From the NCBI RefSeq assembly GCF_009914755.1, contig NC_060928.1: a stretch of 64,000 nt of DNA, one strand, 5' to 3'. Numbering within the stretch: the stretch's first letter is position 1; each line of letters begins with the position of its first letter. Made by a program: the position numbers and the translations under genes. The notes below the pieces were generated by a model, which did no database searches, was not told the origin of the DNA, and saw only the letters and a list, made by a program, of their open reading frames with translations. Positions 1 through 16,350 of this stretch are shown piece after piece. Source of the DNA: the human T2T-CHM13v2.0 reference genome, Homo sapiens.

Positions 1-339
1 AACATCAACAAAGTGCCATGTTCTTCAGGCTCCCTAAGGAATGCTAGCACTTTCAGACTATAAATTTTTGTATCCACATAATCATTGGGAAAAATTAACT
101 TTAATGAAAATAATCCCTAATATTTGTGAAGTTTATGGTTTTTAAAAAGAAATTTGACACAAGTTACTATCCTCAAGAAACACATTTTTATGGGCTATCT
201 ACTTCAGAAATAGTTATCTAAAGAAATGAGTAAAGACTACATAAACCATTCATGAATTTTCCTAATGTAAAAATTTGTTTTAAAAAACTTGCTCTGAACT
301 ACCCCACAAAGACAAAAAGAAAGGTTTAGTCTTTAAAAC

Positions 340-634
<295 letters not shown>

Positions 635-799
635 CTACAAAATTATAAAATTCACCTTTAACATAAACATATTGTGACAAGTATTAGAAGTAGTCTTATA
701 CATATGATGCTGTTATTTGTGGAGAGTCAAAAAAGCTTACTCAAAGTGCCATCCTACTATGCCTTTATCTCAAAGCAGCCTAAAATAAACTCACCTATA

Positions 800-1240
800 A
801 CCTATTACATAATAATGACAATAGCACAGCCTCCCCTATTGTCAAACCCCACCAGACTGGTACATTTGTTATAACTGATGTACTTACATTGACACATCAT
901 AATCACCCAAAGGTCATAGTTTATATAAAGGTTCACTCATGGTGTTGTATATTTTATAGGTTTGGACAAATGTATAATGACATATATCCACCATTATAGT
1001 ATCACACGGAGGAGTTTCCCTGCCCTGAAAATCTTCTATGTCTCTCCTATTCATCTCTCTCTCTCTCCCCAACCCCTGGAAGCCATTGATCACCACAGTT
1101 TGGACCTTTCCAGAATGTCATATAGTTGGGGGCTTAAATTTTGTAGCTTTTTCAGACTGGCTTCTTTCATTTAGTAATATGCACTTAAGTTTCCTGGAGG
1201 ACGTCTTTTGAATGTCTTTTCATGGCTTGACAGATCATTT
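800..1240 (-). mobile_element. Old L1 (L1MC-like) 3' fragment
   Basis: Resembles the L1MC 3'UTR as recalled (TACATTGACACATCATAATCACCCAAAG...). Confidence 0.6.
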
Positions 1241-1272
1241 CCTATATAAATATAAAAAAAAACAAGTCTTAC

Positions 1273-1387
1273 TTGATTTCTGACATGGACAGAACCTTTT
1301 CCCAGATCGAGGACATTCTCCACAAGCACCAACATGGCAAACTTGCTCACATGTGTGATTACCACATGGCAGTGTTTTTCCACATAC
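1273..1387 (-). CDS. NFXL1: NFXL1 exon 9 ([38 protein letters not shown]), NF-X1-type Zn finger; gene continues left of the window
   Basis: tag acceptor, GTAAG donor, 115 nt, phase 0->1, Cys/His NF-X1 motif. Confidence 0.93.
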
Positions 1388-2058
1388 CTAAAATAAAATG
1401 CAATAAACACTAATGAAGGATTTAAAAGTTAACAAAAAAAGACTTCATACAAGACACAATCCATTTTTCAATCACAAACAACTGCTTTACGTCCCTCATA
1501 TTATTTTACTTTATATTTTATACAGGTGTCATACATATGTATATATAGATACATATATACATATGTATACACACACATATATTTCCTATGCACCAAAAAG
1601 TATATTTTAAAAGTACAATACGGAAAAAAACTACATGCAGCTCCATATGGCCATTCACCAAGGAGTTCTAAGTGGCATTAAAACCATGCCAATTCTAGGA
1701 CAAGCAACCTATAAAATCAATCTTACTTCCTCAATTGGATTAATTCAAGAAGCGGGGAGGCGTGCTGGTTGAAGAGAGGGGAAAGAGAAGAAGGGGACAA
1801 GAGCTAGCAAGAAAGAGTACAAATGTAGTGAATCCAAAACTCAACAAATAGCTGTTACTTTGAAAAAAATTTTTCCTCTAATAATTAAAAATGATATTAA
1901 ATTTAAAAGTAGTTTCTTAAAACATGATATAATTCATCTGAGTTGCTATTCTTCCTTGCCTTTTATCCAACTAAACCTGATTAGCCTTGCTGCTTTCTAG
2001 GTTGTCTATGCTTTCTGTACTCTTTAATACCCACCCCTCAAAATGCATATAAACTTAC

Positions 2059-2159
2059 TTGATCACAGTGCCATAGTGGACTTGCACAACTTCTTTCAGC
2101 TACTTTTTTGCCACAGACACACTTTTGTCTACTAACTCTTGGACAAGGCTGACAGCTTC
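2059..2159 (-). CDS. NFXL1: NFXL1 exon 8 ([34 protein letters not shown])
   Basis: tag acceptor, GTAAG donor, 101 nt, phase 1->0. Confidence 0.93.
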
Positions 2160-2260
2160 CTAAAACCAGAATGATAAATTAGCACAGAAACATAAAAGCA
2201 ATAAAGATTGCTTTGACTTTTGCTTAAAGTCAGAAAAATCTAATGGGTATGGCCTTTTAC

Positions 2261-2422
2261 CTGCATGACAAGGATTTTCACACTTATGTTGCCCACAAAG
2301 CAACTTCTGTCCACATGGCAGCTGACAAGACCATTCCTTGGCACTGCACCTACGAGGGATAGGTTTTGCTTTCTTACAGTAACAAGTAGTTGTGACCATC
2401 TTTGGACAAGGAGGGCAGGGAC
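2261..2422 (-). CDS. NFXL1: NFXL1 exon 7 ([18 protein letters not shown]...[13 protein letters not shown])
   Basis: tag acceptor, GTAAAA donor, 162 nt; overlaps ORF 2160..2399. Confidence 0.95.
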
Positions 2423-2649
2423 CTAGAATTCAGTAAAAGCAAAAAAAAAAAAAAAAAAAATCTAAAGTCAGAAACTAAAACTTTCAATTTCTACACCTAT
2501 CAATAATTTCTAGAACTTTCTTTACTGACACTTTACAAAAGGCAATAACTTTCAATATTTTCTCATGGCAAACTAAACTGTGAATTCAACTTTTACAATT
2601 TTTTTTTTTGCCTCAATATAAGAAGAAATAATCACCCACAAACAATTTA

Positions 2650-2940
<291 letters not shown>

Positions 2941-3026
2941 TTAGTTTTATGTTAAGGAACTCTGCTCCATCTTTGTGTTAGTGAAAAAACAAGATCTTAT
3001 TAAAATCTATTTCAACCATATAAAAC

Positions 3027-3225
3027 AGCACTGCACAATACAATGTGCTGAGATGATGGAACAGTTTTATACTGGGATTGTCCAATACAGTAGCAATTAG
3101 CCACATACTGTGAGCACTTGAAACGTGGCTAGTGCTTACAACTGAGGAAGGAATCAAATTTCTTATAATTTCTAAATACTGAAACAGCTACATGTGGCTA
3201 GTTACCATGAATTAAACAGCACATA
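3027..3225. mobile_element. MER3-like hAT MITE
   Basis: TGTCCAATACAGTAGC...AGCCACAT...CACTTGAAACGTGGCTAGTG pattern. Confidence 0.6.
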
Positions 3226-3507
3226 TCTAGAATACAGCTACAAAAAGAAAGTAACATTAGTTTTCTACTAACCACCTGAACTTTATTGAGGAATTCACTC
3301 TGCTTTTCACAAAGCTCAACTTTTTAAGTTTTGTTTTGTGGTTTACAAATAAACAAAATATATTAGCAACAACAAACAGAAGAGAGAAGTCAGGGTATAG
3401 ACATGCAATACCGCAAGAAACATGACTACAATTTAGAATTAAGGGGGAATAAACTTGAAAATAAAGAATTTCATAATTCTCAACATCTAGCACAAAAAGA
3501 CATATAA

Positions 3508-3809
<302 letters not shown>

Positions 3810-5192
3810 CAAAAAAAGATATAATTCGAATGTGCCTAAGTCAAAGAAAAGTTCAAATACCATGAAAGACTTTAAACTTCCATCATTAAAATACATAAGT
3901 GTTGGCAGTAGAAGTGTTAACCTTCAGCTCTATCAAAAATATACTTGTAGATCATCATAGATCAGTTCATTCTCAAAAGATGCTCTAACCTTAACTCCCA
4001 AATGAGTATAGTTAGTATATTATGCTAGAACAAGTTTCATATTAACATTTAAATTTCTTTTGTATCATATACAAAATATTTTCATTGTCACGAGAACATG
4101 TTCTGTTTCCAAATAAATGCCACATAAATACTCAAAATAACCAAAAGATATTTGTTCTTGTAATGAAAAATCAAAAACAAAATACTAAGTTCATCTGTCT
4201 GTGGAATAAGTAACTGGCGCTTTGTTGGAAGAGTTCAATTTTTTTTTATTAAAAGAAAAAGCTAGTGTGGAGGGGGATATGTATTTTTAATAAGCGTGGG
4301 TATGGATGACTAATAGGCAACTCAACATACCTTAACACTGCCCATCAGCATTGAAACTGAACTGGCCCAGTGAGGGTAATATGTGCAAACGCATGAGTTT
4401 TATTTTAAATAATGGGATGCCAACAATGAAATGTAATTATGCTAGATCTTCTTCATTAAAAAGCAGTATCTTAGTAGAAACCTATATTTTAAATTTTTTA
4501 TTTCCATAAAATAACTTAAAATTATTAACATTTTACCAAGTTCTAGCTCCATCTTGATGAGGATTAAACAAAATGGGTTCTTAACCAGAATGGTCATTTA
4601 TTTTCTTAAAAAAATATGAAATATGGAATGCAAAGTATATGGCACAGCTGATTAAACTGTTGTTCCTTTTAAATTAGAAGTTAACAGTACATTTTTTTTA
4701 ACTGATCCTTTCCTCCTCTGTGGCAAAACGACTACTTAAAACAGAAGTGAGAAGAGCGAGGGTAAAAAAATATATACATAAGGTTTAAATCTCTAAACTA
4801 AAACCTGGCTTAATTCCGTACCTATTAGACACTAAAATTCCTCCACCACCAGTAAATAATATGCAGGAGCAAAACAAATATACTTTGAAATGTTAAACAG
4901 TTTCCAAAAAGTGTGTATTCAATGAAAAGAAAAATAATATTTCTAAAAGCCAGGTCATAAGAGATAACTCAGGTGGAAGAATAGAAAAAGCACTGAATTT
5001 AAAAGTAAGAAATCCTAGGTTTCAAATTTTGGCTCCACTACTTAAGAGTGAGGAGTCAGAAGTCATTTCCCTTCAATTAACTTCAATATCCCCACTGGTA
5101 ACAGGAGAATAAAATCTCTCACAGATTGCTGAGAATTATTTTTACATACTCTTCTAAAAGTAACTAGCACATCTAAATGTTTTTAAAAACTA

Positions 5193-5490
<298 letters not shown>

Positions 5491-6175
5491 TAAAATTAAA
5501 ATAAAAAAAAAATTTAAACATAAAATTAGTTACTAAAGTTACAAAATGTGACCACACAGAGCCCATGAAGCTTATGCTTCATTACTTTGACAGTCAATCT
5601 ACCTCTCTGGGCAGCCAATATGAATAAATTTCTTATTGTCTTTACTTAGCAGAGATATAAAATTCTACTCTCCAACTCTTTCTGGAAATATAACAAAAGT
5701 TCTCCAGATCAAATAATCATCAATAATAAGCAAAACTAATAAATGTAAAAAAATGATATTGTATAATATACACCTGCAGTTTTGAGATTTGGGAGGATAA
5801 AACTGGGAATCTTATAATCAAAATACATTAAATGATAGTCTTGTACAATGTAATAATAATGCATACTCATAGAATTCTGGACAAGAAGATCACAATTATG
5901 AATGATTCTCAGTCCTAAAGAAAATTGAAAGTCCTTTCAAAGGATAATTAAGGAATTGTTTTGCACAGGAAAAATTAAGTCTGGATGATTTATTAGTTAT
6001 CAAAAGGAACTAGTAGTTATAGAAATTCAAATTGAAAAAAACAAGACTTTATCAAGATTCCACATCTTCACACACCAAATGACTAATTAAAAGCCCAACA
6101 TGGATATTGAAACCACCAATAAAGCAACTTAGAATCTACAATCTTCATTTATTCTACAATTTAATAATCCAATTA

Positions 6176-6470
6176 GGCCAGGCGTGGTGGCGTGCCAGCC
6201 TAGTTGGCACTTTGGGATTTTTTGGGGTGGGTCACCTGAGGTCAGGAGTTCAAGACCAGCCTGGCAGACATGGTGAAACCCTGTGTCTACTAAAAATACA
6301 AAAAATTAGCCAGGCATAGTGACAGGTGCCTATAATCCCAGCTACTCAGGAGGCTGAGACAGGAGAATCTCTTGAACCCAGGAGGTGGAGGTTGCAGTGA
6401 GCCAAGATCGCCACTGCACTCCAGCCTGCGTGACAAGAGCGAAACTCCATCTGAAAATAATAATAATAAT
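6176..6470 (+). mobile_element. Alu (AluS-like) with altered 5' part and (TAA)n tail
   Basis: Alu dimer; flanks ATAATCCAA on both sides. Confidence 0.85.
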
Positions 6471-6492
6471 CCAACTAATTAGAAAAAGTTAC

Positions 6493-6623
6493 CAAGGCCA
6501 GGGACAATCTTTCTTTCCAAAATCATCATCAGTCACAGAAGATACAAGAAACTGGCTGTCTTTAGCCCACTTCTGGATACAGGGCATGTGAAATATACAG
6601 AAACATCCCGAACAGCTCCAAAC
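6493..6623 (-). CDS. NFXL1: NFXL1 exon 5 ([24 protein letters not shown]...CPWP), atypical RING/PHD-type finger
   Basis: tag acceptor, GTAAC donor, 131 nt, phase 0->2. Confidence 0.95.
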
Positions 6624-7354
6624 CTAAGACAAATGTATCAGAAGTTAATATATGTTAATTTTTCTTTGTTAATTGTAAAATAATTTAAAATGAGTATCAC
6701 ACTAAACTATTTTCAAGAGCTACCTAAGGATTAAAGAAAAAAGGTCTTTCCTTCCAGTATAACAGAAGAACTGTTTCATGGGAAATGCATTTAAATGTAG
6801 GATACTTCGAAGAAAATTATTATTAGTCAAACAGATTCATTCAGCTAGAAATAATTACTGCTAACATTCTGGACAATCTCCAAATTTATATATATATATT
6901 TTTTTCATACTTTTAAAAAATGAGGTCATACTATAATAACTGAAATGTAACTTTATAGTCTTTTCTATAAGCATATTTATAGCTATACATTACACCATGT
7001 AGACTTACGTACTTAAATTTCTTGTTGGATGATTATTTCCAAGTATAAATAACACTACAAAAGAATCTTTAAACATAAATATGTACATATATCTCTACAT
7101 AGCCCTTTTGTTATATAAAACCTATTAGTCTAACACCTAACTAATGCTAAATTCTAAAAATTAGGTAATCAAAAAACAAGAATATACATAATTTAAAAGC
7201 TTAAGAAATAATACTAAATTAATTTTTAAAACCTGCCAAACACTTTGATAAAACTGATAAAAATCAGTTCCCCTTTCCTTATAACATTTTACAACTGTTT
7301 GATAAAATCAGACATGTAGCATATCGCATGAGCTAACAACAGCATTAAACAGCC

Positions 7355-7820
7355 GACTTCTTAGTTTGGGTTACCCCCAAAGCGGTATCTAAGAACTTGG
7401 ATGCAGGAGTAAGGGGACTAGACAGGGAAAAAGAAATAACCAATGAATGGCATATGGTTGAGCTGATTACCACTAAGGGCCACAGAAGCTCAATCCTCCA
7501 GGGGACCCTCTGTAAAACCATGTAAAACACGCCTTGGACTGCCCAGCCCCACTCGCTAATGGAAAGGAGGTTGGGGCATTCACCTACCAACTCCCTGTGG
7601 TGCAATGTTGCTGCAAGGGGCTTTAACTCCCCAGTGCTTCTGCACTATACCCATGTACTAGCTAAGTCAATTTCCAAGAACAAAATTGAGAGGCGGAAAA
7701 AACGCACACACACAGCAAATGTTTAAAGTGGGTTTCTATCTGCTTGCAGAGACTATGCATTCCCTGCAGCTGAAATCAGAGTAAACCAACTAGATGTGAC
7801 TCTAGGCACAAAAGGCATCT
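7355..7820 (-). mobile_element. Diverged ERVL/MaLR-type LTR (LTR16-like)
   Basis: TCTTAGTTTGGGTTACCCCC start resembles the reverse end of ERVL LTRs. Confidence 0.4.
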
Positions 7821-8545
7821 GTATCTGCTATACTCTTCTACCCAACCAGAGCATGTTAAATTTCTGATTCACTCTACATGACCAAACTATTTCATCTGAC
7901 TTGATTTGCTTTCTCTAGGCAATGCTGCTATAATAGCAGTGAATTAATCTAAGGTCTAAATGTTGAGTCTTTCACATTCAGTAATCACTTCTTAATTGCT
8001 TCATTAATGCCCTTTTAAATTTACACATATATATCTTTATCACTACGCCATATCTCCTCCAAGGACATGAGTTTTGTCTGAATCTCTCTCCCGAATGACC
8101 CTCACCACTTCCCAAAATGCCTTTAACACAGGATACGCTAACTAATTAAGCCATAAGTGTTACTGCCAAGTTCTACTTTCTTGAAGATAGGGACCGTATC
8201 TTTTTCCAAACCCAATAAAAGTAATAAAATATAGTACATTTAACATTTCACTTTTGTGGGAATCTCTAAAGTACAGATGCTAAAAATGTTCTATCAAATC
8301 AACATTTGCATTAAAACTGAAGACAACTAAGTTATATCAATAGTGCTAAAAATACTGGATACTCATTTAGTGGTAATTTTTTTTTAATTACAGATTTTAA
8401 AATGAAGATCAATTCATATACAAAATTCTCAAATGAAGCATTTTTAAACATAAGTAAACAAAAGAATAATAAATCGTTAAGTATTGTAAGGCAAACTAAG
8501 GTATTTTGGGGAGATACATTAATATAAATAAGGAGAAAAACTTAC

Positions 8546-8655
8546 TGCTTGGTTTCTCTTCACCGAAGCAATACAAATTAGGCATGTCATAGCCCCTGCT
8601 TGAAAAGCTTCATTTACATATTGTTTTGTTCGCTCTAATTCACGTGTATCTCCAT
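8546..8655 (-). CDS. NFXL1: NFXL1 exon 4 ([37 protein letters not shown])
   Basis: cag acceptor, GTAAG donor, 110 nt, phase 1->0. Confidence 0.95.
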
Positions 8656-11455
8656 CTGGAAATTTAAAGATTGAAAATCTCACCCTAAACAACATCTGAA
8701 AATAACACAAACTCACTAATAGCACCATATTATGTAAGAACTGTCTAGCAATATCAATTGCTCAAAATATAGCTGTAAAACAAGAAGTTTTTTTTAAAAA
8801 AGTAACCAATGAGCTATCAAGAGGTAACGAAGTCTGTGTATTAAATCTTGTGTACTTTGTTCAAAATCAGTACCTCAGCTCTCTCTCTCAGTTATACTTG
8901 CTTTTTTGGCTGTTAGAATTCTCAACAAATTTGGCAGAAGCAGAGCCATAAGCAACAGCAGCAAGATGTAAAGTCTTAAGGAAAAGCAAAGTGTGAAAGG
9001 AAAAGCCTAAACTAATTAGTAGAGCCACTGAGCATAAATATAAGCATAGATGTGAGTGAGTGGGGGTGGGGGTGGGTGTGTGTGTATGAATTTAGCAGGT
9101 GTATTCTTAATAAAAAGTTGTTGAATGAAAAGACCCTGAGGTTTTTACAGTACAATAGCCACATCTCATGAAATCATGTTCACTATTTCTGCTTAAGAAG
9201 GTAGCATAAGCTTTTTAGAAAAAACAGTACCTGACATTATTTTCTTTCAGTAATTATTGAGTGCTTATTTGCTAGACACCGTACTATTAGTACTTCAATA
9301 GGATTAAATGAGCTATTATCTTCATTTTACAGATGAGAAAACTGAGGCACAAAAGAATTAACTTCAGTTTGCCTACAAAGTGAACCCTCTTAACCTCTAT
9401 GCTGCACTGCAGTGAGCAGTTACTGCAGGAAGGTCCAACAAATAACAAGCAACAGCAAAATGAAAAACAGAATGAGTCCTCTAAAGCACAAATGACACCA
9501 AAAGGACAATAATCTGAGTCACTTTAGTATGAGAGAAATAAGCCTACATGCCTTTAAAACAATAAAGATTGTTCAATAGTGGTTAACTGAGTCTTCAAAA
9601 AAAGTAGATTAAAACGTAAACTACCATAAGTACAGAACTTACCATGGCAATAACGTGGTTCAAGCCAAAATTTAAGTTGCCAAAAAGAAAAATTAAATAA
9701 ATAGGACATGTGGCTAATTCTTTACTTTCTAAAATCATCTGAGTAAACACGGCACTTACAAAAGCTTGCCCTACCATAAAATAAATATGATTTAGAACAT
9801 TAAGCAAAATAAACGCAAACATACTCTCAAAACTATAAATTATTATAAAATTATTAAAGACAGTTGCTTTATTTTAAACAAACATTGAAGTTTTTTAAAA
9901 AATCCTTAAAAGCAGAATAGTATGGGGCGCCTATTTTGCTTTTCAACAAAGCTGGCATTAACAGATACAAAACATTTTAAATTTCATCTAATTTAACAGC
10001 TAACTCAAAAAACAGAATTTAAGAAGAAGATAGAACAGGCTTTTACAAAATAAAAACCAACCTTATATTTTAAAAATTTATGTAAGATTTCTTTGAAACA
10101 TGTATTAAAGTTTGGCTGCATCAATAAAATGTACTGCCCAGCACATCACAGCGGATAGCATGCTATTTGAAGTCATGCATTTTAAAAAGATGACTCTGGC
10201 AACTAAAGAAAAATGAGTATGTGGAGGCCAAGACTGAAAGCTGGAAGTACCAGTTAAGAGACAGTTACAGCAGATTAAGCAAAAAATGACTTTGAGCAAG
10301 TTACCTAATGTGTCTCAGTTTTGTCATCTGTAAAACTAGTAGTAACAGTTATCTACCTCACAATTATCATATGGATTTAATCCACATGTTAAGCAGCTGT
10401 AAAGGCTTGAAGTAGGCAATGACAGTACACAGGCAGAGTAAGGGTAGATTTAAGAAATTTAGGAAGTAAAACTTAGGAGGACTTGGTGACAATGAGATTG
10501 TGTCTGTTTTAAAAGCTGATGTTCATGTCAAGATTCAGAAGGAAAGAGGGCTGTGTCTGCTGAGCTAACATGGGCAGAGGGAGAATTGCAGTAAATGACA
10601 TGCATATGCCATCTCTGCTCCCAGATGTCTGGCTTGGGAGGGTGACTGAGAAAACTGTAGTGCTATTAAGATTAAGAAAACAAAAGAATAAATAAGTTCT
10701 CTTTCAACAGCAGTTTGATGGGTCCATGTGCCAGCAAGATAGAGATACTCATCAGGAAGTTGGCCATGCAAGTTTGAAATTTGAGAGAAGAATCACAAAA
10801 ATGCAAAGGCTGTGCTCAAATAAAAATGAACTCCTTTGGTAAAGTCCTGGTCTTCAATTCACTAATGTTAAGGTGGGAACCATCCCATTACTCTGGAATG
10901 TATGTTCTTAAATCAAGTGATCAGATTTTCTTACATTGGTAGAGGCAAAGGAATGGGAATCATATACTAATGGATTTTATACAAAACACAGCATAAAAAA
11001 ATTACCATAACACTTTTAAGATTAAAACCAGATTAAAAATTAATAAAACTTACAAATGACAAATGTTTTCTACATACTAGACTGAAAGACATTATTGCAT
11101 TTTCTATTTTAAAATAAAATGACTCTATCTAGAATGGTTTAAGTGAGTTCCTCTCAAAGCAGAAAACTTCTTAAGATTATTTTCTATAAGGTCCTTCAGA
11201 AACAAGAAACCCTCTAACCTTAGAGTTACTTTTTATCAATTCTTACCTTGCCAACCTAGACTTCTCAGCCAAACTTCCTAATCTTAATTCCTTAGCAGAT
11301 ATGGTAAATTCCTTAGAAACCTACTTGATGATGTACAACTATCTTCATGATCCTATCAATATACTCAGGCAACTATCTAATCACCAAGGTTATGTGTTGG
11401 GAAGGGAAAGGTGAAATACATCGATCCTTCTGTCTGAAGACTTGATTAACTCTCA

Positions 11456-11743
11456 GCCAGGCACAGTGGCTCACGCCTGCCACTTTGGGAAGCTGAGGTG
11501 GGAGAATTCTCTGTAGCCAGGAATTCAAGACCAGCCTTGACAACACAGGAAAACACTGTCTCTACAAAAAAATTCTAAAAAAATTAACCAGGCATGGTGG
11601 TGTGTGCTTGCAGTACCAGCTACTTGGGAGGCTAAAGCAGGAGGGTCACTTGAGCTCAGTAGTTCAAGATTGTAGGGAGCTATGATCACATCACTGCACT
11701 CCAGCCTGGGCAATAGAAGAAGACTGTCTCCAAAAAAAAAAAA
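11456..11743 (+). mobile_element. Alu (AluJ-like)
   Basis: Diverged Alu dimer with poly-A. Confidence 0.85.
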
Positions 11744-11977
11744 GACTAACTCTCATGCTCTTTATTTGCGTTTATGCTAACTAATGCTCAAACTCTGCTA
11801 TGCTTCTGATTCTGCCATACTAACAGGCCTGAATCCTGGCATCACTGGCCTTATACTTCTCATGAAAGCACAAGATAATAACTAAGGAACACATTAGTAT
11901 AGTGTAGATGGAGAGAGCTTAGGATGTGGGGCCTTATGATCAAGGGAAGACATGACTGAAAAAAGAAACAAATTTTT

Positions 11978-12305
<328 letters not shown>

Positions 12306-12884
12306 TTACGATAGAAAATCTCTAATAATCAAGCCACAAAATACATTAAACATTCCAGCAAACAGATATACAGCACAGACTACACAACAGGCACTACTGT
12401 AAGCACTACAGTACTTACACATACTGATTCATTTCATCCTAACAACTCTACAGTATTTAGTATCATTATACCCATTTTACAAAAGAAACTAAGCCCCTAA
12501 GATGCTAAGCAATATGTCAAACATCCTACAGCCAAGTAACAAAGCCAAGAATCAAACCGTAGCAATCTGATTCAAGTGTCAATGTTCTTAACTGCTGTAC
12601 AATGCTGCTTTTTCCCCATAAACAGGTACAAAAGTAACCGTCTAGTCTCCTCAGAATTTTCCTGCTTTTACAGAGAAAATGAAATCAGCCCAGTAATGGC
12701 TCTAAAGCTAAGTCAACTAGGTTTAAACCCAGCTCTGCCAATTACTAATTGTCTAACTCTAGGAAAGTCACCTCTCCTCTGTAGAATTGTTTCCCAAAAT
12801 ATTTGTAAGGTTTTTCCTGGTTTTAACAGTATACTAAAGTAAGAAAAAGAACCAAGCAAGGGCATAAATATATATTACTAATAA

Positions 12885-13301
<417 letters not shown>

Positions 13302-13500
13302 TAAAAGGCAGAAAGTTTAATAATATTTACATTTAAAATAATCTATTTTTACACTTAATACTAAAGTGGTACACAGCAACATCACTTTGGCCCTCTCTCA
13401 CATAAACAAACGTGGCTTTAAGAGCAATCAGATATAAACCACAGATAACACGAATGTACATGTCAAACCTGAGGAAATTTAGGTTTTTTAAAAAAAGTAC

Positions 13501-13662
13501 GGCTAGGTGCAGTGCACATGCCTGTAGTCTCAGCTACTCGGGAAGCTGAGGCAGGAGGATCACTTAAGCCCAGGAGTTGAAGACTGCAGTGAACTACGCA
13601 CCACTACGTACCACTGCGCTCCAGCCTGGGCAACAGAACAAGACCCCAACTCTAAAAATAAA
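13501..13662 (+). mobile_element. Alu monomer (FRAM-like)
   Basis: Single right-arm-like monomer with A tail. Confidence 0.7.
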
Positions 13663-14127
13663 TACATGAAAATCAGATGTTGTAAATAAGATATAAAATA
13701 AGGAAATAAAGAATTAAAAAGACTTCAAGACACATTTAACATGATGAAAAAAAATGAATAGATTGAAAGGAGTACACAAAGTACTCTAGTTCAATCAAAT
13801 CATCACAACCAGAAAAAACTTGCCCCAGTCCACCGCTCAGGAGCTTTAGCAGCCCCATCCAAGCATTCTACTGAAATGCCAATTAAATACACACAAAGGC
13901 CTCCTAAGGCTATAAAAGAGCCACTGCCATTCTATTTGCTTTATAGAAAAATTAGTGTTACACAATATATAACTCAAATACCAAAGTGTACAAAAATTCA
14001 ACTCTATAACATACAGTGCTCATCTTAAGATATAAAATCTATTCCATATAGAACAAAGGCATTACCAAAAAAATGTCAGGAATACAGTTTCATTGACGTC
14101 AAAAGTCAAAATTTAAAAGATCAGTAC

Positions 14128-14298
14128 CTGTCTGAGTAGTGTATGTTATAAACGTATTTGCAAGTATTTTTCCCTGTTTTCCTTCAAAATCTTCATCTCC
14201 TTCTTCAGATGAAGAGCTAAACTGTTCTTCAACAAGTTTTCTGGCTGCAGCTTGGTTAGCTTTCTTGATTTCTTCAAATTTTTTCTGAGACATTAGCT
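14128..14298 (-). CDS. NFXL1: NFXL1 exon 3 ([27 protein letters not shown]...TYTTQT)
   Basis: cag acceptor, GTACTG donor, 171 nt, phase 1->1. Confidence 0.95.
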
Positions 14299-15750
14299 CT
14301 GTTTAAAAGAAAAAAGTTTCATTTCTGCAAAACAATCTCTCAAAAAGAAAAGCATAATGTGCTAATATATCATTTTACAACACACATTTGAAAGTCACCT
14401 TTGGAGCATTCTATCTTCCTGTAATCCACGAGAAAAGTATTTTCAAATTCCTTGACACACAACTAAAGAGAATACCACAACAAAAACTTTCACTTTTCTA
14501 AGTATCCTGCTAAAATGCAGCAAATTTTTATGATAACGGTGATTAACAAATCAAGAAAAAAAATATGAAAATACAATAAAACTATCAAAATACTGGTGAT
14601 CAACTTCAAAATAAGGACTAACAAAAATTAAGATGTTTTAAAGTACATTGTGCACAGTAATTTTTAAGAAGTGAGGGAACATGTCCACAGTGAGCACATA
14701 AAGAATCAGGGAAGGTAGGTATTTCAAACTACCGTCTTCTGAACAACAGGTAGGATAGGACACGACGGCCCAGCCCAGTCCAGTCCAGCCCTACCAAAGA
14801 GTTTGTACCAACAGTACTCACTATGCACCCACTATATTTACAATCGGCTTCTTAGGTCAAGAACTTTTTGCCTTTATTATGGACTTCTTGTGGTCACACA
14901 AAAAAACATATTTTACATTAATCCACACAAAGTATTAACATGGAAAACATGTTTCTTCCAACTTCATTCCAAAAAGAATGTTAATTTTGGATTCGTTCTT
15001 CCACTATTCAGCACTACCTGTACTTCTCATTTTGTTACTTGATTAATCATGCAAAACAAAACCAGATTACTTCACTGCACATACTCCCAAAGAAACTTCA
15101 AACTTCTTGAGAGCAAGGACCACAGGGATTTTCTTCAAGCACTAAGTGTTAATAAGCTCTTACGGACAGCAAACATAGTTTAAGAAAGGAGCCACAAACC
15201 TGCAGAACTGATCTGAGTTCATGAATTCCCATCTTGAGAGGATTTTAAATTTACTGATTGACTATTTTAAAATTAACATTATACTTAAAACTGATAAGCC
15301 ACTACCAAGATAAGCTCTCTTATCTTGGGTGGTATATTCGTACTTGATTATGTTCCCTCATGAAACATTTTCCTTTTCTTATTGCAGCCAGTTTGGTTAG
15401 GGGTTATTAACAAAACAAATTGAGTATTTCAAGTAAACCTCGACGAAAATGTGTATCATGCTTACCTAGCAAGCTTTGAGTACTGGGAAAAAAGAACTGG
15501 CTATGAGATATATAACTCAAAACTTGTCACAAAAGAGATGATAAATGTCATTAATATACGGGAAATTAGCACTTAAAAGATACATAAGAAAACAGGCTGA
15601 ACTGGACAGAGATAATGAGAACATTCATAACCTGATAAATGTATTCACCTAACATCATCTCAAAGTAAAGAGAAGCTGACAAGACAACCTTCTCACGTAT
15701 TATTTCTTACAGCCAAATCTCAACTGTCCAGGTAGAGAATGCTTGTTTTC

Positions 15751-16350
<600 letters not shown>

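Noticed and set aside
8612-8614. NFXL1 codon 150, site of the N150K language-impairment variant as I recall it
   Set aside because: The codon is AAT (Asn), so the variant is absent.
9055-9086. Possible G-quadruplex GGGGGTGGGGGTGGG
   Set aside because: Only three clear G-tracts followed by a (TG)n repeat; weak and common.
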